DNA of 64,000 bases from NCBI GenBank assembly GCA_030704615.1, contig CM060734.1:61876001-61940000 (forward strand). Reading direction: 5' to 3'. Positions 13,001 to 23,800 of this stretch are shown here, piece after piece. Position 1 is the stretch's first letter. Each line of letters begins with the position of its first letter. The notes beneath the pieces were generated by a model, which searched no databases, was not told where the DNA came from, and worked only from the letters and a program-made list of their open reading frames with translations. This DNA is from Takakia lepidozioides (Eukaryota; Plantae; Bryophyta). Position numbers and translations under genes: made by a program.

Positions 13001-13975
13001 ATCAACCCAAGGGCAAGGGAAACAAACAAAAATAAACATGTGGAAGCAGGAATATCGAAAGGCCAGATGATGGAAGATGTATCTCACCGCGTACATATAC
13101 TCCATGAAAGCCTCACGGGTCAACGAGTACCACGTTTCTGATATCTTTGAGCTTTCGCACTTCTTGTACGTCTCTGCTGAAATGATGGTCTTGAAGTTGG
13201 TCAAGGGCATCTGCCCGATCATTTGTATCCTATACAGTGTGTGAACCAGACTCGTTTTGACATGCGATGTCTCCGTCCCTCTGCAGAATGATGTGTGAAA
13301 GTCAGAATGAAATTCAAGAACCGTCAACAGAGGACTGGAACAAAAGAACCACGGAACCACAACTGGAACATGTAGAATGAGAAACCAACCTATTCACATC
13401 ATTCATTGCCATCAGAAGACCCATCATGTTCCTGTCACAATCCAGCACCATCGATCAAACAGAGTAATGCCACTCTTCCTCCTGTGAGTGCAGCCTCCCA
13501 ATGACAGCCATCCATGCAAGCAACCAGTGGTTGCCATCCCATACGTGAAACATCTTCCCTGAGAATGCCTGGGTTGAAGGTTTCATAGAGAGAAGAAGTT
13601 CAAAGGATTCGTTCACCTGTCTCCAAATGGGATCCCAAGAGTGATTGACTCATCCACAAGGAGCTCATTGCCTCTGGAATCCCTAGTAGAAACGTAAAAG
13701 ACTGCGGATCCATCCAAATACCCATGAACAAACTCGGCCTCCAGCTTCAGGATGTCCTTGATAAGGGGTGGACAAACGACGGGCATGGAAACCAACCTAC
13801 ACAGGGGAATCTTCAACCTCCCACCCGGGGCAAGCATACTTTGCACCACAAGCTGAGAGTTTACCTTCTAACCCCCTAGCATCTCAGCGGCTTTACTTTC
13901 ATAGAACTCATCGTCCACATCAACAATGATCTCCTTCCCCTGCCTCGAAGGGTTCTCATCCACCACCCTTTGCAT
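10078..13975 (-). pseudogene. Multi-exon ParB-like domain plus beta-class N6-adenine/N4-cytosine DNA methyltransferase-like gene (MULE cargo)
   Basis: ATG at 13975. ParB-like segments VCPPLIKDILKLEAEFVHGY and FHVWDGNHWLLAW (~13525-13550). GT-AG introns with consistent phase, e.g. 13389-13281, 13087-12976 and 10386-10271. Motif IV-like LIILDIPDG (~11030) precedes ERSPAFIQTIVECC..DARVLDLSMGTG/ASYHACKASARHLLG/IEGDAEIY (motif X-I-II region). Several in-frame stops and frameshifts. Confidence 0.8.
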
Positions 13976-14039
13976 CTTCTCATGAAGGGTTGTTCATTCA
14001 AATTGAAATAAGAGAGAGGCAAGAAACGATGGTGTTTTG

Positions 14040-17000
14040 AGCATGGCAGACAGGCCCTGTATGGCCCAATCTCTCATCAGAAAACAAGCAATGTGGTTTG
14101 GCCCAATTTCACATCAAAAAAAAAGCAGAGAGGGCGCTCAAAACAGTGTGCGCTGCCGCACACTTTTTGAGCTTCCAATAAGGGTTGGATTCAACCTGCC
14201 AGAGTGGCCCTAGGTGCCCGATTTTCACATAAAAAAACAAGCAAATAAGGGGGCTCAAACAGTGTGCGTTGCCGCACACTGTTTGAACTTCCAATAAGGG
14301 GTGATTTGAACATGGCATAGTGGCCCTGAGTGGCCGATTTTCAAATGAAAAAACAAGCAATGAAGGGGGCACAGACAGTGTGCGTTGCCGCACACTGTTT
14401 GAGCTTCCAATTCGGGGTGGATTCAACCTGTCAGAGTGGCCCTAGGGGCCCGATTTTCACATAAAAAAACAAGCAGAAAGGGGGCTCAAAACAGTGTGCG
14501 TTGCCGCACACTATTTGAGCTTCCAATAAGGGTTGGATTCAACTTGCCAAAGTGGCCCTAGGTGCCCGATTTTCACATAAAAAAACAAGTAGATAAGGGG
14601 GCTCAACAGTGTGCGTTGCCGCACACTGTTTGAGCTTCCAATAAAAGGTGATTTGAACATGGCATAGTGGCCCTGAGTGGCCGATTTTCAAATAAAAAAA
14701 CAGGCAGTGAAGGGGGCACAAACAGTGTGCGGTTTGAGCTTCCCATTCGGGGTGGATTCAACCTGTCAGAATGGCCTTAGGGTCCGATTTTCACATCAAA
14801 AAACAAGCAGACATGGGGCTCAAAATAGTGTGCGTTGCCGCACACTGTTTGAGCTTCCAATAAGGGTTGGATTCAACCTGCCAGAGTGGCCCTAGGTGCC
14901 CGATTTTCATATCAAAAAACAAGCAAATAAGGGGGCTCAAACAGTGTGCGTTGCCGCACACTGTTTGAGCTTCCAATAAGCGGTGATTTGAACATGGCAT
15001 AGTGGCCCTGAGTGGCCGATCTTCAAATCAAAAAACAGGCAGTGAAGGGGGCACAAACAGTGTGCGTTGCCGCACACTGTTTGAGCTTCCCATTCGGGGT
15101 GGATTCAACTTGCCAGAGTGGCCCTAGGGGCCCAATTTTCAGATCAAAAAACAAGCAGAGAAGGGGCTCAAAACAGTGTGCGGTGCCGCACACTGTTTGA
15201 GCTTCCAATCCGGGGTGGATTCAACCTGCCAGAGTGGCCCTATATGGCCGATTTACAAATCAAAAAACAAGCACAAAAGGGGGCACAAACAGTGTGTGTT
15301 GCCGTGCACTATTTGAGCTTCCAATAAGGGGTGATTTGAACATGGCATAGTGGCCCCGAGTGGCCGATTTTCAAATCAAAAAACAAACAGTGAAGGAGGC
15401 ACAAACATTGTACGTTGCCGCACACTGTTTGAGCTTCCCATTTGGGGTGGATTCAACTTGCCAGAGTGGGCCTAGGTGCCCGATTTTCACATCAAAAAAC
15501 AAGCAGATAAGGGGGCTCAAATAGTGTGCGTTGCCGCACACTGTTTGAGCTTCCAATAAGGGGTGATTTTAACATGGCATAGTGGCCCTGAGTGGCCGAT
15601 TTTCAAATCAAAAAATAGGCAGTGAAGGGGGCTCAAACAGTGTGCATTGCCGCACACTGTTTGAGCTTCCAATAATGGGTGATTTGAACATGGCATAGTG
15701 GCCCTGAGTGGCCGATCTTCAAATCAAAAAATAGACAGTGAAGGGGGCACAAACAGTGTGCGGTGCCGCACACTGTTTGAGCTTCCCATTCAGAGTGGAT
15801 TCAACCTGCCAGAGTGGCCCTAGGGGCCCGATTTTCAGATCAAAAAACAAGCAGAGAGGGGGCTCAAAACAGTGTGCGGTGCCGCACACTATTTGAGCTT
15901 CCAATCCGAGGTGGATTCAACCTGCCAGAGTGGCCCTATGTGGCCTATTTTCACAACAAAAAACAATTACAAAGGGGGGCTCAAACAGTGTGCATTGCCG
16001 CACACTGTTTGAGCTTCCAATAAGGGGTGGATTCAACCTGCCAGAGTGGCCCTATGTGGCCGATTTGCACATCAAAAAACAAGCACAAAAGAGGGCACAA
16101 ACAGTGTGCGTTGACGCACACTGTTTGAGCTGCCAGCTAAGTGTGGATTGAACCTCACAGAGATGCCTTATGTGGCCGATTTTAACATGAAACAAACAAT
16201 GAGAAGGGGGGCTCAAACAGTGTGCGTTGACGCACAATGTTTGAGCTTCCAATAAGGGGTGGATTCAACCCGCCAGATAGGAGCTATGTGCACGATTTTC
16301 ACACCAAAAAACTAGGAAAAAGGGGGCTCAAACAGTGTGCATTGACGCCCTAACTGCAAATTTGGACGTGACGTGGCGTTGACGCGTTAGCGTCACGTCC
16401 GACGTTAGTGACGGACGTGCGTCGCGTCACGTCATGTCCTAAACGGACGTTACTGTACATAAATATGTTTATTTTTTTACTTTACTATTGACTATTTACT
16501 ATGAGAACCGACGTGGCAACCGATGTGGCCTCATTACGTGGACTTCATTATTTATCCGTAAAATTCATATTATGATTTATATTGTCAATCATGCGACCGT
16601 CAGCAAAGGTTGGTTGGACAAATTGTTTAAAAAAAAATAGGTGCGACCACCAGAAGTGGGTGGTCGCACATTTTTTCTTATTTTTTGAATAGGTGCGACC
16701 ACCCGCAGGTGGTGGTCGCAACATTTTCATTTTCTTAAATAGGTGCGACCACAAGCAGTGGGTGGTCGCACATTTTTTCTTTTTAAAAAAATTTGGTGCG
16801 AAAAAAAAAAAAAAAAAAAAAAAACTGCGACCACCCCTTTGCTGGTGGTTGCACCTATTAAAAAAACTGAAAAATGCTGCGACCACCCCCATGCTGGTGG
16901 TCGCACCTATTAAAAAAACTGAAAAATGCTGCGACCACCCCCATGCTAGTGGTCGAAGATATTAAAAAATAAAAAAGTGTTGCGACCACCCCCCTGATGG

Positions 17001-17965
17001 TGGTCGCACCTATTACAAATAAAATAAAAATTGTGCGACCACCAGTAGTGGTGGTCGCAACTGTTTAAGAAAAGAAAAAAATGCGACAACCCCTGCTGGT
17101 GGTCGCATCTATTTTTAAAAAACAAAAATGCTGCGACAACCCCTCTGCTGGTGGTCGCAACTATTAAAAAATAAGATAAATTCTGCGACCACCACCATTT
17201 GGAGGTCGCACCAATTTAACAATAATGATTTTATAAATATTGGCGGATGGAGTAATTTATAAAACAATTCATTCACTTGCCAAGGTGTCGCCTGGAATAC
17301 AACGTGTTTGTGACCTGACGTCACTGACGTGTGCAACCCTGGTTGACGCACACTGTTTGAGCTGCCAGGTTAGTGTGGATTGAACCTGACAGAGATGCCC
17401 TTTGTGGCCGATTTTAACATGAAAAAAACAATGAGAAGGGGGGGCTCAAACAGTGTGCGTTGACGCACACTGTTTGAGCTTCGAAATAGGGGTGGATTGA
17501 ACCAGACAGAGAGGCCCCGTTTGCACGATTTTTACACCAAAAAACAAGGCAAAATGGGAGCTCAAACAGTGTGCGTTGTCGCACACTGTTTGAGCTTCCA
17601 AATAGTGGTGGATTGAACTAGACAGACAGGCCCGTTTGTGGCCGATTTTCTTATCAAAAAACAAGCACAGAGTTGGGGCTCAAGCAGTGTGCATTGCCAT
17701 ACACTGTTTGAGCTTCTAAATACGGGTGGATTGATCTAGACAGAGATGCCGTATGTAGGCGATTTTCATATCAGAAGACAAGCATATATGGGGTCTCAAA
17801 TTGTGTGTGTTGCCGCACATTGTTTGAGATTCCAATCAGTGGTGGATTGAACCAGACAGGCAGGCCCAAATTGGCCAATTTTTACATCAAAAATGAAGCA
17901 CAGACACTGGGTCTCAAACAGTGTGCGTTGCCGCACTCTGTTTGAGCTTCCAAATAGGTGTGGAC
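14040..17965. repeat. Tandem array of 25 x ~116-bp units, each with the palindrome GCTCAAACAGTGTGCG-TTGC-CGCACACTGTTTGAGC
   Basis: Palindrome centres recur about every 116 bp from ~14152 to ~17928. Unit 6 has a short deletion and unit 20 is split by a 1-kb insert. The first 9 units form an ABC trimer higher-order repeat. Confidence 0.95.
16349..17341. mobile_element. ~1-kb non-autonomous insert (hAT-like) carrying its own palindrome array
   Basis: Flanked by (A/G)TTGACGC duplication at 16341-16348 and 17342-17349. The right end reverse-complements to CAGGGTTGCA. About 11 TGCGACCACC-N7-9-GGTGGTCGCA units at ~51-bp spacing. Confidence 0.75.
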
Positions 17966-18900
17966 ATCACTTGTACCTTTTTTTTTGGCTGCTCCAAAAG
18001 ACTCCCCAATCGCTGGAGACCCTTTGCGCTTCGGACTGCTCTCTACGCCGAGTATGTTTTGGAGCATCTCCCCCATCCTCTTTTCCACTATCTGCTTCTT
18101 TGTGAGGCCAGCATCAACATCATCTTCGACGTCCGACTCTCCCTCGGATGCAGTCTCCTCCTCACCTGTTCTTGGAAGTATGGCAGGCTGTTGTTCTTCT
18201 CCAGAATCCGGCTCTTCCATCGCCAAACTTTCCTCTTTGCCCTCTTCTTCCGCCTTTTCCTCTTCGTCTACTCTTTCCATCCTCATTCTATGTCTGGCTC
18301 TATTCCTGTCCCTAGTGTTCGTAAAGTATAACGACTTCATTCTCTTCCTCCTCCGGTGGAAACAAGGGCTCCCCACGCTGCCTCTAGAGCTCTCCAGTTT
18401 GACGTTTGCAACAAGGGTTGCTTTGGCATGTATCCAAAATAAAAATTGGACATTGTTAACCGTATTTGGATGCGGGTGTCATCATTGTGTGCGAACGGAA
18501 TTCATCCATTTCTGCGTCTTTGTATTATCCAAGAAAAAAAGTAGTGGCACTTCCAATGCCGTTGCATGTACTTGTGATATATGTCAGATGTACTTCGCCG
18601 GCTGCCAATACATGGCAGCCTTCTTGCATTCTTTCAAATTCGGAAGTGCCGTTAAAATCTATTGCTAGCTCAAATTCGAGCAGTACTTGCAGATTCGCAA
18701 TAATTGTGATGCTTCACATATGCATCCACGTATGTTGTACTGCCTACCCTGCGGTTTGCATTTCGCCGTCACCGTCGCAATGGGGTCATTCGGTATAAAG
18801 GTTTGTGTCGGCAATGGTGATGTGCTGCACACATTCATGCGAGGTGTCCCCCGGAGTGTCAGTGTTTGTGCTGTGCTCTTCTGGCACAACACAACCTCAT
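17960..18900 (-). pseudogene. Decayed ORF of unknown function with an acidic, basic-tailed C-terminus (MULE cargo)
   Basis: Frame HTWMHM*SITIIANLQVLLEFELAIDFNGTSEFERMQEGCHVLAAGEVHLTY... with several TAA/TAG stops, then EEEKAEEEGKEES...PKRKGSP...AAKKKG running into the array. Confidence 0.45.
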
Positions 18901-19214
18901 TAGATTCGGGGTTTCCTGTTTACTAGTCTCCAGGGTCGTTGCCATCTTTCCATAATGGATGGTTTCATGTCATGTTCAGGGTTTGCTTTTCATCCAAATA
19001 CAGCACGGCTTCTTGTGGCTTCTTGTCTTTGAAAACAATTTTTCTAGTTGGTGTCTCTCAGTGTGGCTGACTGCAAAGTTCGGTGCAGATTTTCGCCGTG
19101 CATGTCATTCTTACATCCGTTGCATACATCGCCCGTAGTCTTTGGGTCAGTGCTACCCTTATTCACCTCAGTTCGTTTGGGGTGGATCCCCTTTCGAGAA
19201 TTGCGGGCTATCAG

Positions 19215-20226
19215 TGTTAGAGGACTGTCGGGGACTTAGACACTTATACGGGATCTGTAGGGTACCCTTAATTTTTGCACAGATTGAGACCAACAGGAGC
19301 CTTAGGGGTGACAGCAGCGCACTGTAGAGGGAGGTTACACAGCCCGTCACAGTCGTCACAGCCGACACAGCCAACACAGCCCGTCACAGTCGTCGCAGTC
19401 GTCACAGTCGACACAGCCAACACAGCCCGTCACAGTCGTCACAGCCGACACAACCAACACATCCCGTTACAGTCATCACAGCAGACACACCCGGTACAGC
19501 CACACAGCCAGTCACAGCCCGACACAGCCAAACACAGTCGCACAGCCAGTCACAGCCCGTCACAGTTTCACACAGCCAGTCACATCTTGACACAGCTGTC
19601 ACGATCATAGGGAATGAAGAGTAGGACAGGGAACGACTGTGGGGAACAACACATGCGAAGGGAACATGTTAGTTCACAGACGACGGTTAGTGAGGGAAAC
19701 GGTTAGAACCACGGATAGGAAGATAAAGGGAGAAACGGGGAATTGAGGGATATCATTCGGAGGAGGACTTCTTGGTCATGGAGGAGAGGGGATTGGGCAG
19801 AGATGAAGAACGGAAGTGAAGATATTGGGATGATGAGTAGATGCTTGATATATGCAAGGCTGTAATGATATTGTAGAGCAGATTAGAGACACAATGGCTT
19901 CGGCCTGATACCTGATAAGTCATAATCGGATACTTTTACGATACAATCACACTGTGTAGAGAGATCTGAGTGAAGCTGTGAAATGAATGGATGAGTTGAT
20001 GGAATCCAATAGATTGATAAAGCAAACTGATACTTAATTATCAATGGTAAGATAGCTAACATGAATACCAAAAGGGAAACAAATAGGAAACACCCCCATG
20101 ATACACTAGCTGTAGGTCATGACTGATTGTTCTGCGCGGGCTGAGTACTTAGAGATTTCCAACTCTTCTATCTTGGAGTTTCCGCCTCGAATAGCGAAGG
20201 GATGGGTGAGTAAAAGCTGCGTGACA
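19215..20226 (+). repeat. 5' LTR (1012 bp)
   Basis: TGTTAGAGG...GTGACA; near-identical to 28457-29440. Confidence 0.97.
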
Positions 20227-20814
20227 TTTGGCGACCATACTGGGGACCTAAGACATGAACAACCAGATGTGGCAGGCATCTGGTGGGATCATGGTGGTTG
20301 GACCATTAAAGAATTTGAAGTGAATCAAATTCCCTGTGGAACGAAGGAAGAAAGATTGTCCAAACAATTCTTTCAAAGGTTCTTGGAATTGCCAGACGGT
20401 TGTAAAGAAAATATTCTTAAGCGAGTGCATGATGCTGATCCAGAATGGGGTCTGGAGAAAGGAGTGATAAAGATTTATCAGGTAGCCTGTAGAGGAAGAG
20501 CACGTTGGTTACCAACATTGGTTTATGTGATAGCATTGCTATCCATTAAACGAGTAGAGTTTGAAGGCTGGGAAGAAAGAAAGGTGAATGTTTATACTCA
20601 TATGCATGAAGAGCTTGTACTGGTAAAGAATTGGATTCCAAAGGATATTTTGTGGATCAAACTCACACCAAGAACAGCTTTCCAGACTTGTTTGCCATAT
20701 GGTTATATGGTAACGGAGACTTCAAGTATAGCCAAGGGTGCATTGAAGCTTGAAAGAAACCTAGGCATATACGAGAGATATTACAGAAGAGAGTTTTGGT
20801 TATTGCCACATTAA
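20119..20814 (+). CDS. Extra 5' ORF upstream of gag (unknown function)
   Basis: 231-codon open frame crossing the LTR/PBS boundary; true start uncertain; frame not preserved in the copy at 1-540. Confidence 0.4.
   Translation: MTDCSARAEYLEISNSSILEFPPRIAKGWVSKSCVTFGDHTGDLRHEQPDVAGIWWDHGGWTIKEFEVNQIPCGTKEERLSKQFFQRFLELPDGCKENILKRVHDADPEWGLEKGVIKIYQVACRGRARWLPTLVYVIALLSIKRVEFEGWEERKVNVYTHMHEELVLVKNWIPKDILWIKLTPRTAFQTCLPYGYMVTETSSIAKGALKLERNLGIYERYYRREFWLLPH
20229..20246 (+). promoter_or_regulatory. Primer binding site, tRNA-Arg-like
   Basis: TGGCGACCATACTGGGGA two bases after the LTR; resembles the complement of plant tRNA-Arg 3' ends. Confidence 0.8.
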
Positions 20815-20835
20815 AAGAAATGAAAGACATGGGAC

Positions 20836-23800
20836 ATGAGTGATGAAAGAGAAGCTAGACGACAGAGATATTCAGCAAAAAGAGAAAGCTATCTGAAAGC
20901 TAATTATCCATATCTTTGGGAGAGAGGAATAGACATAGGGGAATCATCTGGACCTCTCACACCATTAAGATCAAAGAGTACATCACCTATACCGGAAGAA
21001 CTAGAGTTGGATGCCACTCCTTCTGTTTCTTTGCAAGAAAGATTAAGGGAATTGGTACAGGAAGAAGATCAATCACGAGGTGAAAGATCTGAGGTACATC
21101 CTTAGATAAAAGACTTGACAGAAATCTTTGATAAGAGTTGGCATGGAACACCAAAAGCAGGAACTCCAGTTTCTGAAGCAGAAGGTGAAGAAGGAGAAGA
21201 GGATGTGGCAGAGCCAACGGAGAGTTCAGACTCTCCAACACCATTACAGTTGAGTTACATGAGTGAAGAAGAAACCCAAGGGCAGAACTTGGAGGATGAA
21301 AACAGAGAGAAGAAATTAGAAGAGGAAGAATATGAAGAAGTAGACCCAACAGCTGAGGTTGAGACTACAACCAGGACATCCCAACCCGTTGGACCTGGAT
21401 CAAGTGGAGCACTTGGATCACAGGCCAACGAAGGTGTCGGCTCAGGGGGATCAGGCGGGCTACCTGGATCTGGCTCTGGGGGGACAGGGAGTGTGGGAAG
21501 TAGTGCAACTGAAGCTGGGAATACTGTGAATATCGTGGGGCCAGAAGCAGGGAGTGCTCAAGGGCTACCACTTGGTGGAAGATCCACCACAAAAACAACA
21601 GGTCCAGAAGGACCAGCACCAGCAAGGGTGCCAGCACCTGTCAGTGGGCAGAAGGTAGGGCCACAGATGGCGTTACAACCAACACGGGCAAAACCACCCT
21701 TTCCAATATATTCAGGAAAAGGGGATCCCGATGTACACATTAGCCAATTTGAGCACATGTGTATAGTGAACAATGAGAATGGCGATGATGCCAAGATGAG
21801 ACTGTTTCCTTGTTCACTTATCAAGAAAGCAAGTGAATGGTATGCAAGATTCCCTGATAATCATTTCCTAACCTGGAATGGCTTGAATACAGCATTTCGA
21901 AATAGGTTCAGGACAAGTAAAACTGAGGATGAAGTGTATGGAAGTTTACAACAGCTGAAGCAGAAGAAGCATGAAACTGTTGAAGAGTATATGGAGAAGA
22001 TGGAATTGATGATGAAAAAGCTGGCTGCAGTACCAGCGCCCGGTTTACAGAAGACTTGGTTTGTGAGTGGACTAAGACCAGAGTTGCAAAAGAAAGTGGA
22101 TATGTTACCCCATAATACAGTGGAGGAGGCATTTGAAACTGCGAACAGAATTGAGCAATTGGGAATGCTCAGGAGAGAGAAAAAAGAAGATGAGGACTCT
22201 GAGGATGAGTCAGATGAAGAAGAAGAGCAAGAACTAAAAAGAAAGAGTAAGAGAAAGGAGAAGTTGAAGAGGGATAACTATGAAAAAAAATTGGAAGAAA
22301 TCTTGAAGAAGTATGCCACAGAGGCTGCAACACATTGGAGGAAGGGTGTATGGTGTGCAAAGTGCCAGAATGAAGGCCATACCACCACAGAATGCCACAT
22401 GAAGGAGAAACACTGTACTATCTGTAAAATGGATAACCATTCTACTGAGAATTGTTACTACAACAGAAGGACAGCTGCAAGAGAACCTAGGCAAGTAAGG
22501 GTGCATCAGGTGCAGCCCCAGCCAAGAAGAAACAATGATCAGGACCACTATGGTAGGTCTGGTGGTTATAACAATGGCATGGAAGGGAGAGGTAATTCAA
22601 GAGGGAATTACCAAGGAAATTCCAGAGGCAACTATCAGGGTAATCCAAGGGGGAATTACCAGCCCGGGAATCAGGATTATAGAAATAATCCAAGAACAGA
22701 CCAAGGGCGAGGACCCAATGGTGAAGAGCTATGTTACTATTGTAATCAGCCAGGACATCGCAAGGCAGCCTGTTCATTCTGGATAAGACACCAGAATGAG
22801 ATGAGAGCTCCTGTGAATGAGGGCCCAGTGGTGGCAGCTCACATGGTTAGGCCATGTGTTGTACCAGAAGTAAGTACAATGATAGTAACAAGAAGTAAAG
22901 CCAAACTAATACCTCCAGTAGAAGAGGAAGAAGATGAGAATGGAAGTGGCAATGATATGCCTGAAGATGAAGAGACTTGGAAAGATGAGAAGGAACTGCA
23001 CAAGGAAGTGGCAGATACTATAAGGGAAATGCAAAAGAGTACTGATATTCCTGTGGCAGATTCCTCTGATTCGGATAGAGAAAAGAAGGGAGTGAGGAAG
23101 AAAGGAAAAAAGAAGATGCAGACATGCAAAGTAATGAAGAGACTTTGGCTGAAGTAATATGCCAGACCAAAGCAGAAATTACCATTGGACAGCTATTAGC
23201 TGTGGCACCTTATTGTAGGCACAGGCTGTATCAAGCAATCAATCGAATTGCCCAAGAGACAGAAACACAGACCTGAACAGCAAGGTGACCAGTTATAATG
23301 TGAAGCCGGAAGGGCGAGAAACAGTCATGGACTTTGATGATTCTATGCCGGTAATCCAATTGAGAATTGGAAGCACAGAACTAACTGATGTACTGATAGA
23401 TGGTGGTTCTGGAGTAAATATCATGACAGACCAATTAAGGAAGAAGCTTGGTCTAAGTAACATGAAACCAGCCCCATTTACAGTAACAATGGCAGATCAA
23501 AGAAGTGTACAACCATTGGGATTAATAAGAGGAGTTAAGATACAGATACAGAAAATGATCTTTATGATCACAGTAACTGTATTAAAATGGATGAAGTCAT
23601 GGAGGCTTACTCCTTATTATTGGGACGTCCGTGGCTGAAACAGGCCAGGGTATTCCATGACTGGAATTCTCATTACTAACCGTGTATAATGGGATACACG
23701 AGATACAAATTACCACAAAGAAATCTAGTAGATTACCTGCTACAAGAAGACCTCGAGGAGTCAGAGAGTATGACTGGAAATGAGGACTGGATGAGGAGCA

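Noticed and set aside
10078-13975. Bacterial contamination as the source of the ParB/MTase gene
   Set aside because: The gene has phase-consistent GT-AG introns and lies inside TSD-bounded plant transposons.
14109-17664. Many short ORFs (MEAQTVCG..., CDHQQ...)
   Set aside because: Translations of tandem repeats; no evidence of coding.
14040-17965. CRISPR array (36-bp palindromic repeat plus ~80-bp spacers)
   Set aside because: The spacers are homologous to each other, there are no cas genes, and the context is eukaryotic; it is a tandem repeat.
17921-18668. Plus-strand 236-aa Ser-rich ORF
   Set aside because: Antisense shadow of the Glu-rich minus-strand frame.
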